The notes below the pieces were generated by a model. That model did not search any database, was not told the DNA's origin, and worked only from the letters and a program-made list of their open reading frames with translations. The position numbers and the translations under genes were made by a program. Below are positions 11,916 to 22,574 of a stretch of DNA of 41,599 nucleotides, one piece after another. Numbering within the stretch: position 1 is the first letter of the stretch; every line of letters starts with the position of its first letter. Source of the stretch: Octopus bimaculoides (Eukaryota); NCBI RefSeq assembly GCF_001194135.2, contig NC_068996.1:48796209-48837807 (forward strand), written 5' to 3'.

Positions 11916-12179
11916 GTATGTATGTTTGTGTGTGTGTGTATGTATATATGCATTGCTAATATATATATATTTTTGTTTTTTATAATGTTTCACAGCTGAA
12001 TGGAAACAGGTAGGGTAATTCACACACAAGCTTTGCAGGTTCGAGTTTCACCTCATGTACTTTTTGTCTTGCTGCTACCATATCCAGCACTACTATCACC
12101 CCCACAAATACCACCACTAATACCATTACTACTTTCACTGCTATAATGTGCTACTAATGTTTTGCCTATAGTTGCTATA

Positions 12180-12660
12180 CTGATGGTGGTATCATCATCA
12201 TTGTTGTCATCATAATTTAACTTCCACTTTTCTGTGTTTGCATGGGTTGGACACGATTTGTTGAGGAAAACTTTCGATAGATAGATGTCCTTCCTATCAC
12301 CAACCATCATCTTACAGTTCCCACTATTAAAGGGAAGTATTTGGGAAGGGAAAGTGGAGGTGGATGGCTGTATGTCAGGTGTTGAAAGGCTAAAAGTAAG
12401 ACAGAGGGACAAGCACAGGTGTCTCGCTATTTAAGTGATCCTTGGATGAATGAGATAAGAAGAAGATAGTGATAGGATGCTAAAGCAAACTCTCAAGGAA
12501 CAAAAAGGTGAGCATAAAAGAAGACATGGACAGTTTCCAATTAAGGTGATATTTCTCCCATGACCAGACATGTTTTTAGGGAAGATTGGAAACAAAGGAC
12601 CCTGCTTGTGTAAGAGTGACACTTGCTTACGACTTTCATGTAAATTCAAAGCAAGGAGAC
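12180..12660 (-). mobile_element. Older RTE-type 3' UTR variant (B2)
   Basis: Degenerate B tail plus a segment that is the reverse complement of 17160-17340. Confidence 0.6.
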
Positions 12661-12951
12661 AGAAACACACACCTACATATCTATATTATATCTTGTGTAT
12701 ATAATTAGATGTACAGCTGCTTTTGTTGAGTTTATAGCTCTCTGTAGATTATCATCACCCAGACTGGTTCTGGTATAGTGGTTTGGTTACAGCTATACTT
12801 AGTAGCGTTACTGGCTATGATATACAGAACAAATTCTGATTAAGCATCCAATGATACTTGGAACATCCAGTTCAGAGCTCCAAGCAATCATAACGGTGAG
12901 ACATACATTGAAGCTAATAATATAAACTTGTGTTTATCGTAATTACTCATA

Positions 12952-13420
12952 TATCATCATCATCATCATCATGATGATGATGATCATCATCATCATCATC
13001 AAAAAACGTCCATTGTCCATGCTGGCATGGGTTGGATGGTTTGACCTGGGCCGGCAAGCTAGGAGGCCGCACCAAACTCCAGTCTGATTTGGCATGGTTT
13101 TTCTATGGCTGGATGCCCTTCCTAATGCTCGCCACTCTGAGTGTGTAATGGGTGCTCTTGCATGCTATCGGCACAGTTGCCATTTGCATGACTCCAGTAT
13201 ATGCCACAACTGTGATTTTACTTGGCTTGATGGGTCTTCTTCTCAAGAACAACATAATACCAAAGGTCTCAGTCATTTGTCATTGCCTCTGTGAGGCCCA
13301 GCACTTGAAAGGAGCTTTTCACATGCCACCAGCATCAGCTACGACTATGGTTTCATTTGGCTTGACAGGTCTTCTCAAGCACAGCATATCATCAAAGATC
13401 TTGGTCACCAGTCATTGCCT
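12952..13420 (-). mobile_element. 5'-truncated RTE copy (last ORF codons and 3' UTR)
   Basis: GGTCTTCTCAAGCACAGCATAT matches 2567-2590, and the B-type UTR ends in (CAT)n. Confidence 0.8.
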
Positions 13421-13448
13421 ATATATGCATGTATATATATATATATAT

Positions 13449-13740
13449 GGGAGAATTTACGAAAAAAACAACAGACAAGGACAGGTGGTGTAAACAACAA
13501 AAGGATGTATTAGTTTAACGCTCGGGAATAGAGAAAGTCTTTAACGTTTCGAGCTACGCTCTTCAACAGAAAGAAATAAGGAGAAAAAAAATTTTAATGT
13601 AGTGGTCAGTGATCTATCATGGCGACTGCCGCACAGAAAGTTCACACAGGAGAGCTAAGAAAAGGGGAGATAACAAAGGGGAAAGAAGCGGTGAACCCAA
13701 ATACGAGAAGCTGTGCGTGTGTGTGAGAGAATGCTGGTGA
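13449..13740 (-). mobile_element. Terminal region of a putative Penelope-like element carrying a minimal hammerhead-like motif
   Basis: A second copy lies at 7829-7941, hammerhead topology is present at 13538-13574, and the end abuts (TA)n. No RT or GIY-YIG coding sequence is visible, so the class is inferred. Confidence 0.55.
13538..13574 (-). ncRNA. Minimal type I hammerhead ribozyme-like motif (core variant CUGUUGA)
   Basis: Minus strand reads UCUUU-CUGUUGA-A-GAGC-GUA-GCUC-GAAA-CG-U-U-AAAGA: 5-bp stem I, 4-bp stem II and palindromic ACGU stem III. Confidence 0.6.
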
Positions 13741-14329
13741 TCTTAACGTATGTATGTGTGTATGTAGGTGTGAAAAAATGGGGAAGGGAGAAGGGAGTTG
13801 GTCAGTGCTAGTGTGTGCNNNNNNNNNNNNNNNNNNNNNNNNNNNNNNNNNNNNNNNNNNNNNNNNNNNNNNNNNNNNNNNNNNNNNNNNNNNNNNNNNN
13901 NNNNNNNNNNNNNNNNNNNNNNNNNNNNNNNNNNNNNNNNNNNNNNNNNNNNNNNNNNNNNNNNNNNNNNNNNNNNNNNNNNNNNNNNNNNNNNNNNNNN
14001 NNNNNNNNNNNNNNNNNNNNNNAGGGGTAGGGGTATGTGGGTAGGCAGAGGTTGGGGTGGGTGTAAGGAATTGGATGGGGTGGGATGAGAAGGTAGAGTA
14101 GGAATGTGTTGGGGTGGGATGAGCTTATGAGGAAGGAGATAGAGCAATATAGTATATGGTAAGGGGAGGGCAATAGACAAGAGGGAGCAACACAATGTGG
14201 AGTATGAGTATAGGGAAACTTAATATAAACAAGGATCAGAAAACGAATATTGATAAACATTACAATCACCAGCACTATCAGCATGTCTTCTTTTAATGCT
14301 TGCCATGTGTTGAGGGGAGAGGGAATTTT

Positions 14330-15410
14330 TTCTAGCATGGTGATTCATCACAAGTCTTAAGCTTTCTCATTTACTCTGTGATATTTCAATCACTTCAGAT
14401 CAATCTTCACCACTTTCCATATTTTACTAGGTTTCCCCTCTTCAACTAATCCAATCCACCTCTTATTCTTAACAGCTGACTGCTTCCATGTACCTCATAT
14501 GGCTCACACCAGTTTAGTTTTCATCATTCAAACACATGATGTCTGGTTCTTCTCAGCTCATTTTTTTCTCCTCCATTTTTCATGCTCATTAACTCACTAA
14601 CATTGCACATCCAGTGGATTATGGTTAACTCATTTCTTTCCAGCCTTCACATGTCCTCTGCATTCATGGCCCACATCTCACAACAATACAACACCATTTT
14701 CTCTTTATACATAGGCACCACACAATCTGCACTTCATTCTGAGAAGGAAACACTTTGTTGGCAACAGTGGTAATTTCTCACTGAACACTTTTCCACTGTT
14801 TTTCTCTTAATCTGATTATTATGTCTTCCACTAATGGAGGTGCAATGGCCCAGTGATTAGGGCAGTGGACTTGTGGTCATATGATCGTGGTTTCGATTCC
14901 CAGACCAGGCGTTGTGAGTGTTTATTGAGCAAAAACACCTAAAGCTCGACGAGGCTCTGGCAGGGGATGGTGGCGAACCCTGCTGTACTCTTCCACCACA
15001 ACTTTCTCTCACTCCTTCTTCCTGTTTCTGTTGTGCCTGTAATTCAAAGGGTCAGCCTTGTCACACTGTGTCACGCTGAATATCCCCGAGAACTACGTTA
15101 AGGGTACACTTGTCTGTGGAGTGCTCAGCCACTTGCACGTTAATTTCACGAGCAGGCTGTTCTGTTGATCGGGTCAACTGGAACCCTCAACATTGTAAGC
15201 GACGAAGTGCCAACAACAACGATAATGTCTTCCACTGCTAATTAGCTCACCTAGGTCGCAGAAGCTATCAACTACTTCCATGGAGCCTCTGAGCATATAT
15301 ACACATGTATGCAACATAATGCAATGAAGTATCTCCTTGATCTGTTGTGGTTAAGCATCCAGTTGCACTTGATAAATTCAGTGCAGAATTCCTAAACAGC
15401 CACAATGGTG
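14330..15410 (-). mobile_element. Old degenerate RTE copy interrupted by SINE D
   Basis: Minus strand shows EVVDSFCDLG at about 15245-15285, and EMWAMNAEDM*RLERNE and GKPSKIWK-like remnants at 14400-14700. Confidence 0.7.
14833..15224 (+). mobile_element. Full-length tRNA-derived SINE family D
   Basis: A/B-box-like head and (CAA)n tail. Perfect 12-bp TSD ATGTCTTCCACT at 14821-14832 and 15225-15236. Confidence 0.92.
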
Positions 15411-15453
15411 AAATATACATAAGGACATAAGATATTTTTCATTTTTTTTTTTC

Positions 15454-15822
15454 ATTTTATCTAGTTTCAGCTCATGGGCTGTGGCCATGCTGGGGCACCG
15501 CCATTTGGTGTTGCTACACAATTTTACTTCACGAATTTTACTTCAGGAATTGACATTTGGTGCATGAGAGAGTTTGATGCAGCTGCCCTCATCTGCACCT
15601 CCAGCCGTGAAGTTAGTTCATCTGGGACACCTGACAGGAAGCGGTCCAGCTTCATCTTGAAGACACCTACATCCACCGCATGCAGGTCTCTCAGGTCCTT
15701 TGGGAAGATATTGAAGAGCTGTGAACCTCTGAAGCCCAGGCTATTGCAGTATCTTGTCCTACATCTTGATGGCAAATTTGGAGTCCTTGGCACTATACAA
15801 TGGCGTCGCAATTTCTCCTACA
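15454..15822 (-). mobile_element. 3' end of a second CR1/L2-like LINE
   Basis: ORF 15524-15811 (RTRYCNSLGFRGSQLFNIFPKDLR...FKMKLDRFLSGVPDE) is homologous to the end of the 6455-7066 element. Followed by a stem-loop and an A-rich tail. Confidence 0.82.
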
Positions 15823-16041
15823 TTTGCTCTTTAAATCATGACTAGTGATGCTATTAAGTTTGGTAGTTATCTAAGTACTATACCAAAAGCAGATTGGATA
15901 ATTAAAATCTCTATGAAGCTCTAAAATCAGCAGCAGCAGTTGCTCCCTAGTGGTTTCTGCTCCACCTCCCGAACCACTTCCATTCCTGCCCACACAATTT
16001 TAACAAATCACCCCCCCCCCTTTTTTTTTCCATGCCTTCAG

Positions 16042-16773
16042 TAGAGGCACACAACTTAGTGGTTAGGGGTGTCGGACTCATGATCGTAAGATTGTGGTTT
16101 TGATTCCTGGACCGGGCGACACATTGTGTCCTTGAGCAAGACACTTCATTTTCACATTGATCTAGTTCACTGAACTGGTAGAAATGAGTAATCCTGCGAC
16201 AGACCAGTGTCCCATCCAGGTGGGGAATTTAAATGCTATGGAAGCCTGGAAACTGGCCCTTAGGAGTCGGCATGACTCATGAAATTAACTTTACTTTTGT
16301 GGTTAGGGTGTTTGGACTCATGATAGTAAGATTATGGTTTCAATTCCTGGACTGAGCAACATGTGTTCTTGAGCAAGACACTTCATTTCACATTGCTCCA
16401 GTCCACTTAGCTGGTAAAAAAAGGAATAATCATGTGACAGAGCAGTGTCCCATCCCGTTGGGGAATTTAAATGCTATGGAAACCAGGAAACTGGCTCTTA
16501 GGAGTAGGCAAGACTCATGAAGGTAACCTTTACTTTTGTGGTTAGGGTGTTGGACTCATGATCATAAGGTTGTGGTTTCGATTTCTGGACTAGGTGACAC
16601 ATTGTGTCCTTGAGCAAGACACTTCATTTCACATTGCTCCAGTCCACTTAGCTGGTAAAAAAAGGAGTAATCCTGTGACAGACCAGTGTCCTGTCCAGGT
16701 GAGGAATATATACGCCATGAAGCTGAGAAACCAGGCCCTTATGAATCAGTGTCTCTAGAAGATAACCTTTACC
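16042..16773 (+). mobile_element. Head-to-tail trimer of tRNA-derived SINE family E
   Basis: Units start GTGGTTAGG at 16059, 16299 and 16538 (periods 240 and 239). Each has a B-box-like GGTTT(C/T)(G/A)ATT and CCTTGAGCAAGACACTT. One TSD, TTTTCCATGCCTTCAG, at 16026-16041 and 16774-16789. Confidence 0.9.
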
Positions 16774-17159
16774 TTTTCCATGCCTTCAGCCACTGTCTTC
16801 TCTCTTCTCTGTTATACTCCATGCTAAACACCACCTCCTATCTCCTATCATTCTCAATACCTTCCCATATCTACCATTATGATCCACCCACCTGCTATCG
16901 TCCCTTATGTATCCCTATATCTCCCTCTCCACTGCTCCTACACCTTGCACATTATCCCAATACTTTCTCTTCTATTCTCCTTCCGGAATCACTCCTACAT
17001 TTCCCACTTCATCCCTCTGCATACTGGGATTTTCCATCATCTGCACCACCTACCCACCCTTGTTCTTCACTCCCTACACTAACCCCTACCTCCACCTGTT
17101 TCCTCAAACTCTTATGAAAGCATTCTCTCTCTCTCATCTCCCCCTCTCCTCCCATGACT

Positions 17160-17630
17160 CACTGCCTGTGTTTGCTTTTGTGCTCACCTTCTTGTTCCTT
17201 GAGAGTTTGCTCTAGCACCCCATCACTATCTTCCCCTTATTTCATTCATCCATGTATCTCTTCAGTAGCAAGACACTTGTGATCGTCCCTCTGTCTTACT
17301 TTAGCCTTTCAATGCCTGGCATACGGCCAACCACCTCCACCTTCCCCCCCCCCAAATACTTCCTCTTAGTAGTGGGAGCTTTTTCCCCTTTCATTTTTTG
17401 CTATTCTTGCAAGTTACATAGCAACCTCACTAGTGCTGGTGCCAAAGAAAAAAAAGCACCCAGTACACTCTGTAAAGTGGTTGGCATTAGGAAGGACGTC
17501 CAGCTGTAGAAACCATGCTAAAGATGATATTGAAGCTTGATGCAACCCTGTACCTCCCCAGTTTCCTGTCAAACCATCCAACCCATACCAGCATTGAAAA
17601 CAGACATTAAATGATGGTGATGATGATGGT
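17160..17630 (+). mobile_element. RTE-type 3' UTR variant (B2) with (GAT)n tail
   Basis: GGCATTAGGAAGGACGTCCAGCTGTAGAAAC...ATTAAATGATGGTGATG. The upstream part matches the reverse complement of 12330-12520. Confidence 0.72.
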
Positions 17631-17919
17631 TAAGAAGTAGATAGCTACAAAACAAGTATATTTATTTAAAGATTGTTCAAATGTTGATATCTTTTATTTA
17701 ATATCACTGACCAGTTATCGTTGTTTTAAAGACACTGCCTAAAGTAACTGCAATAATTGGATTCTGCTCACACACATACACAGAGCAGACATAGAATATA
17801 ATATGTATATACTTATATACACACATATATACACATATACGATCAAGCAGACTCCGATGAAGCTGTTGCTCTGCATAGGCACAACTTATATAGTAAAAAT
17901 CAATAAAAATAAAGAGTTA

Positions 17920-18591
17920 CCATGAATTTACTGAGTGGAGTGGAAATTCCATTGTTTCAGACAGTCTTCCTTCAGGAAAAAGTTTAACCGAAAGAAATTA
18001 ATGAGAGACACAGCAAAGTTTTACATCCTCTAACTTAAAAAAAAAAAAAAAATTGGCTGCAACTGACAAGGAACACAGGAATATGTGAGCTTTGTACATG
18101 AACAAGAAATGGTAGGAGAAACAGTGAAAGAAGAAAATAGGTAAAAGTAATGGAATGAGAAGAAGAAAATTGAGAGTGAGGCGAAGAGGAAAGATGAGGA
18201 GGGAGAGGAGTTGAAGGATGACAAAGGGTTTAACGAAGTTAGAGGAGGTGTAGGACTAAAGGAAAAACATTTTATCTTATCTCATTAAACTCTTTCTCAT
18301 CCTTCAACTCCCCTCCCTCTTCATTTTTTCCTTTCATCTCACTCTCTATTTGCCTGTTTCTTCTCATTCCATTACTCTTTCCTTCTTCTTTCTCACAGTT
18401 TTTCTGCCACTTCTTGTTCACATACGAAGCTCACATGTTACTGTTTCTTATCAGTTGCAGCCAGTTTCTTTTTTTAACTTAAACGATGTAAAACTCTGCT
18501 GTCTCTCACTAATTTCTCTCCTCTCAACTTATCACCCGAAGAAGGACTGTCTGAAACAATGGATTTTCCACTCCTCGCAGTAAGCTCACTG
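17920..18591. mobile_element. 672-bp foldback MITE with about 310-bp arms and TA flanks (Tc1/mariner-like terminus)
   Basis: 17920-18232 is an imperfect reverse complement of 18285-18591. TA at 17918-17919 and 18592-18593. The right terminus reads TA|CAGTGAGCTTACTG on the minus strand, the left TA|CCATGAATTTACTG. Confidence 0.85.
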
Positions 18592-18863
18592 TATTCTTTT
18601 TAATTAATTTTACTATATACATAAATGTTTGTGTGAGTGTGTGTCTTCTGAAAATGGGAACCAGCCAAATGGTGATGCAGCCCATCTCCTCCCAACTGTC
18701 ATGGTTTTTGATACTTCACTGGGTCAAGGGGCTGTGTTTACTCAATATTACAGAAGAACCTAAAGCAATTAGCACAATTAACTAAATCAAGAAGCTTAAT
18801 TTCATTACCTCAGAATGTATTTTCAAAAAAACTTAAAAAGGATAAATTTTTTTTATGTTTCAG

Positions 18864-18989
18864 GTTTCCTCGTTTGTTTCCTCCTGTGGATGAAAAGTAT
18901 GTTGCTGTAAAGACAGTAGAAGCAGTTCTTACCAATACCAAATCCCTCATGATTCCACGCCTTATTGGTTATATAATCATATTAAAGAC
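18864..18989 (+). CDS. Next exon of the same SDR16C-like gene
   Basis: T-rich tract and CAG at 18861-18863, GTGAGT donor at 18990. Phase 2 joins exactly to the previous exon (AG|G = Arg). Reads (R)FPRLFPPVDEKYVAVKTVEAVLTNTKSLMIPRLIGYIIILK(T), matching the RFPxLxPxxxxxYVAxxxVxAVLxxxxxLxIPR C-terminal pattern of SDR16C proteins. 126 nt, phase 2-2. Confidence 0.9.
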
Positions 18990-19517
18990 GTGAGTGACTT
19001 AATGATTTTGTTGAATCTTTCTAAACGGTCAACTCTTTGGGTTTTCTAATCTTAACCCATTACCTACCAGTGATCTCATATGAGATCACTCAAAAATTAT
19101 AAATTGCGTAATTATCTGTCAATATTTACACATATCTAACCTTTTTGCTATATAAGCATGCTTATGCACAGAAAAGTACAGATAGAAAGAATAGGGAAGA
19201 GAGTGATGTTAGAATTTATTAAGTGAAAACTTCTCTTCATATACATAAAGAGAAATATGCTGACAGAGAGAGAAAGAGGGGGATTCTCATTAGGTGAACC
19301 TGAGTGACATAAACACTTCTCCCTCTCCTCAGATACATAAAGGAAATATACTCACACACATAAACAGAGTAAGAGAGAGAGAGAGATGAAAGAGACTGAG
19401 AGATGAAAGAGAGAGAGAGATGAAAGAGAGAGAGAGAGAGATGGAACAGAGAGAGAGGGATGAAAGAGAGAGAGAGACAGACAGATGTGAGAGAGATATT
19501 ACATTTTATTAATTGGA

Positions 19518-19844
19518 CATCATCATCATCGTCATTTAACATCCGCTTTCCATGCTAGCATGGGTTGGATGATTTGACTGAGGACTGGTGAACCGGATGG
19601 CTGCACCAGGCTCCAATCTAATTTGGCNNNNNNNNNNGGATGATTTGACTGAGGACTGGTGAACCGGATGGCTGCACCAGGCTCCAATCTAATTTGGCAG
19701 AGTTTCTACAGCTGGATGTCCTTCCTAACGCCAACCACTCCAAGAGTTTAGTGTGTGCTTTTACGTGCCACCAGCACGAGGGCCAGTCACACGGTACTGG
19801 CAACGGTCACGCTCAAAATGGTGTTTTTTACGTGCCACCTGCAC
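19518..19844 (-). mobile_element. RTE 3' UTR copy (family B)
   Basis: Homologous to 2064-2340. Spans a 10-N gap with an artefactual 61-bp duplication. Confidence 0.85.
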
Positions 19845-19899
19845 TGACATAAATACTTTTCCGTCTCTTCAGACACATAACGAGAGATATGTTCACAGG

Positions 19900-19939
<40 letters not shown>

Positions 19940-20312
19940 AATTTATTAATCGAATACGATTGACATAAACACTTTTCCCTCTCCTCAGACACATAAAGAG
20001 AAACAGGCTCACACACATAAACAGAGAGAGAGAGAGAGAGAGACACAGAGAGAGAGAGACACAGAGAGAGAGAAAATGAAAGAAACATTAAAACATCTAA
20101 TGTCAAATAAGTCAGCATTGAATCAGCAGCGCCAAATAAGCAGCACCAAAACGGTTGCACCAGAACATCTCATACCCACATAATTTATAGGTCTCACACA
20201 ACTTTTTAAGCCCATGATTTTATTGATCACATAATTTTTCTAAATATATAACAAAACATCTGCTAAATGTGAATTGTTTATCGATTTGTCTTTTGTGTTT
20301 TGTTGCTTTCTT

Positions 20313-20632
20313 ACTTTAGTCATTTGACTGCGACCATGCTGGGGCACTGCCTTGAAGGGTTAAGTCAAACAAATCAACCCCCACCCTCCACCCCAGTACA
20401 TTTTTGTTTTTTTTTAAAGCCTGTTATTTATTCTGTTGGTCTCGTTTTGCCAGCCCGTAAAGTCATGGGGACGTAAACAAACCAACACCAGGTGTGAAGC
20501 GGTGGTGGGCGACAGACACAAGCACACATAAACATATATACATAACGGGCTTCTTTCAGTTTCCATCTACCATATCCACTCACAAGGCTTTGATTGGTCT
20601 GAACCTATGGTAGAAGGCACTTGGCAGTTCAC
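20313..20632 (-). mobile_element. SINE family A, 5'-truncated
   Basis: Tail plus the central CTTCTTTCAGTTTCCATCTACC...CACTCACAAGGCTTTG segment. Confidence 0.8.
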
Positions 20633-20637
20633 TGCCT

Positions 20638-20707
<70 letters not shown>

Positions 20708-20717
20708 GGTGGTGGTG

Positions 20718-20779
<62 letters not shown>

Positions 20780-20780
20780 T
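20638..20780. repeat. (TAG)n microsatellite with an embedded (TGG)n block
   Basis: Directly visible. A related TAG/CAG tract lies at about 20981-21110. Confidence 0.95.
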
Positions 20781-22521
20781 ATAATTCTTTCTACTATAGG
20801 CACGAAGCCTGAAATTGTGAGGGAGGGGGTAAGTCAATTACAATGACCCCCACACCCCACCCCACCTGCCAGTGCTCACCTGGTATTTATTTCCTCAACC
20901 CTGAAAGCATGAACAGCAAAGTCAACCTTGGAAGAATTTGATGAGAGAAGGATAACATACTTCTAGGCGTTATGCCACCTTAGTAGTAGTAGTAGTAGTA
21001 GTGGGGGGGGGAGTAGTTGTGGAGGTGGCAGCAGCAGCAGCAGTAGCAGTAGTAGTAGTTGTAGTAGTAATAGTAGTAGTAGTAGTAGTAGTAGTGGTAG
21101 TAGGTAGGTGTAGTAAAAATCATGATAATTCTTTCTTACTAAAGGCACAAGGCTTCAAATTTTGAGAGAAGAAATTAGGTCAATTGCATCAACCCCAGTA
21201 TTTCACTGGTACTTATTTTATCTATTCTCAAAAGATGAAAGGCAAAGTGGACCTCAGTGGAATTTGGACTCAGAACCTGAAGATAGATGAAATGCTGCTA
21301 AGCAATTTTGTACGGCGTGCTGATGACTCGACCAGTTTGACGCCTTAATGATAATAATAATAATAATAATAATCCTTTCTACAAAAGACACAAGGCCTAA
21401 AATCTTGGAGACAAGGACTGATTGGTCAGTTGAAGCTTAGACAGTGTCACATGACAGTTAGATGGTGCCCTGGAGCCTACCGGTGAGTATTTAAAGGGAA
21501 ATTTGGCAAGACGGTCATTCACTCACTGACATTCGTTGATGCTGCATCAAAGAAACCAAAGAATGAAAGAAAAAAAGGAGAAAAATGAAATACACTCAAC
21601 ACCAGAGCTGAAGACAACTCCAAAAGGAGAGGGCCCCACCACATTGAAAATGGTAGAGGAATAGGGGCCAAAACTGGACGTGGTTCTTCCTGATGATGTC
21701 TTTAGCCACTGGATCCTATAAAGGAGCTGTTGAGGGAGCAAACCACGAAATGTGGTTGGAATTCCTTGACCCCAGTGCACAACTGGTATTTATTTCATTG
21801 ACCCCCAAAAGGATGAAAAGCAAAGTCGACCTCAGTGGAATTTAATCTCAGAGTGTAAAGACGGACAAAATGTCCCTAAGAATTTTGTCTGGTGGTCTAA
21901 CAACTCTACCAGTTTGATGCCTAAATGATAATAATGATAACAAGAGCACTCAGAGAGCGCAAATGTCCACCAGGGCAACACCAACGTCCTCTCAACGATT
22001 AGCCAGAGATGATTTTTAAAATGAGAATAACTGAAATAAACTCAACTGCTCTCACAAACGAGAATACTAAAAATGAACCCCACCGCTCTCAAGAATTAAG
22101 TTACAAAAAAAAAAAAACAGGGTAATTATCCAGAATCCTTGTCTGGTACTGGATCAGTCCCAAAATCTAATTGGTTTGTGCCAGTCACGAGGCCAAACAT
22201 CCCTGTATGTTTCATCCGAATCCATCCAGTGGTTCTTGAGATATCTTGTCCACGGTCAAACAAACACAACTGAAAACAATACCTCTGCCTTAGTGAAGGC
22301 AGAGGTAATAATGGTTTCAAATTTTGCCACAAGGGCAGCAATTTTGGGGGAGAGGGTGAATCGATTGCATTGACCTCTCCCCCAGTGTTCAAATGGTACT
22401 TTTTTTATCGACCCAGAAATGATTAAAGGCAAAGTCGACCTCGGTGGAATTTGAACTCAGAACATAATGGCAGATGAAATACCACTAAGCAGAGTACTAA
22501 TGACTTTGTCAGCTTACCACC

Positions 22522-22574
<53 letters not shown>

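Noticed and set aside
14833-16773. tRNA genes
   Set aside because: The A/B-box heads belong to SINEs with bodies, tails and TSDs, and no complete cloverleaf was seen.
19567-19698. Exact 61-bp direct repeat around a 10-N gap
   Set aside because: Typical unmerged contig overlap rather than a biological duplication.
21685-21770. CTGATGA...GAAA as a hammerhead
   Set aside because: No stem II, and the GAAA sits in the loop of an unrelated AACCAC/GTGGTT hairpin.
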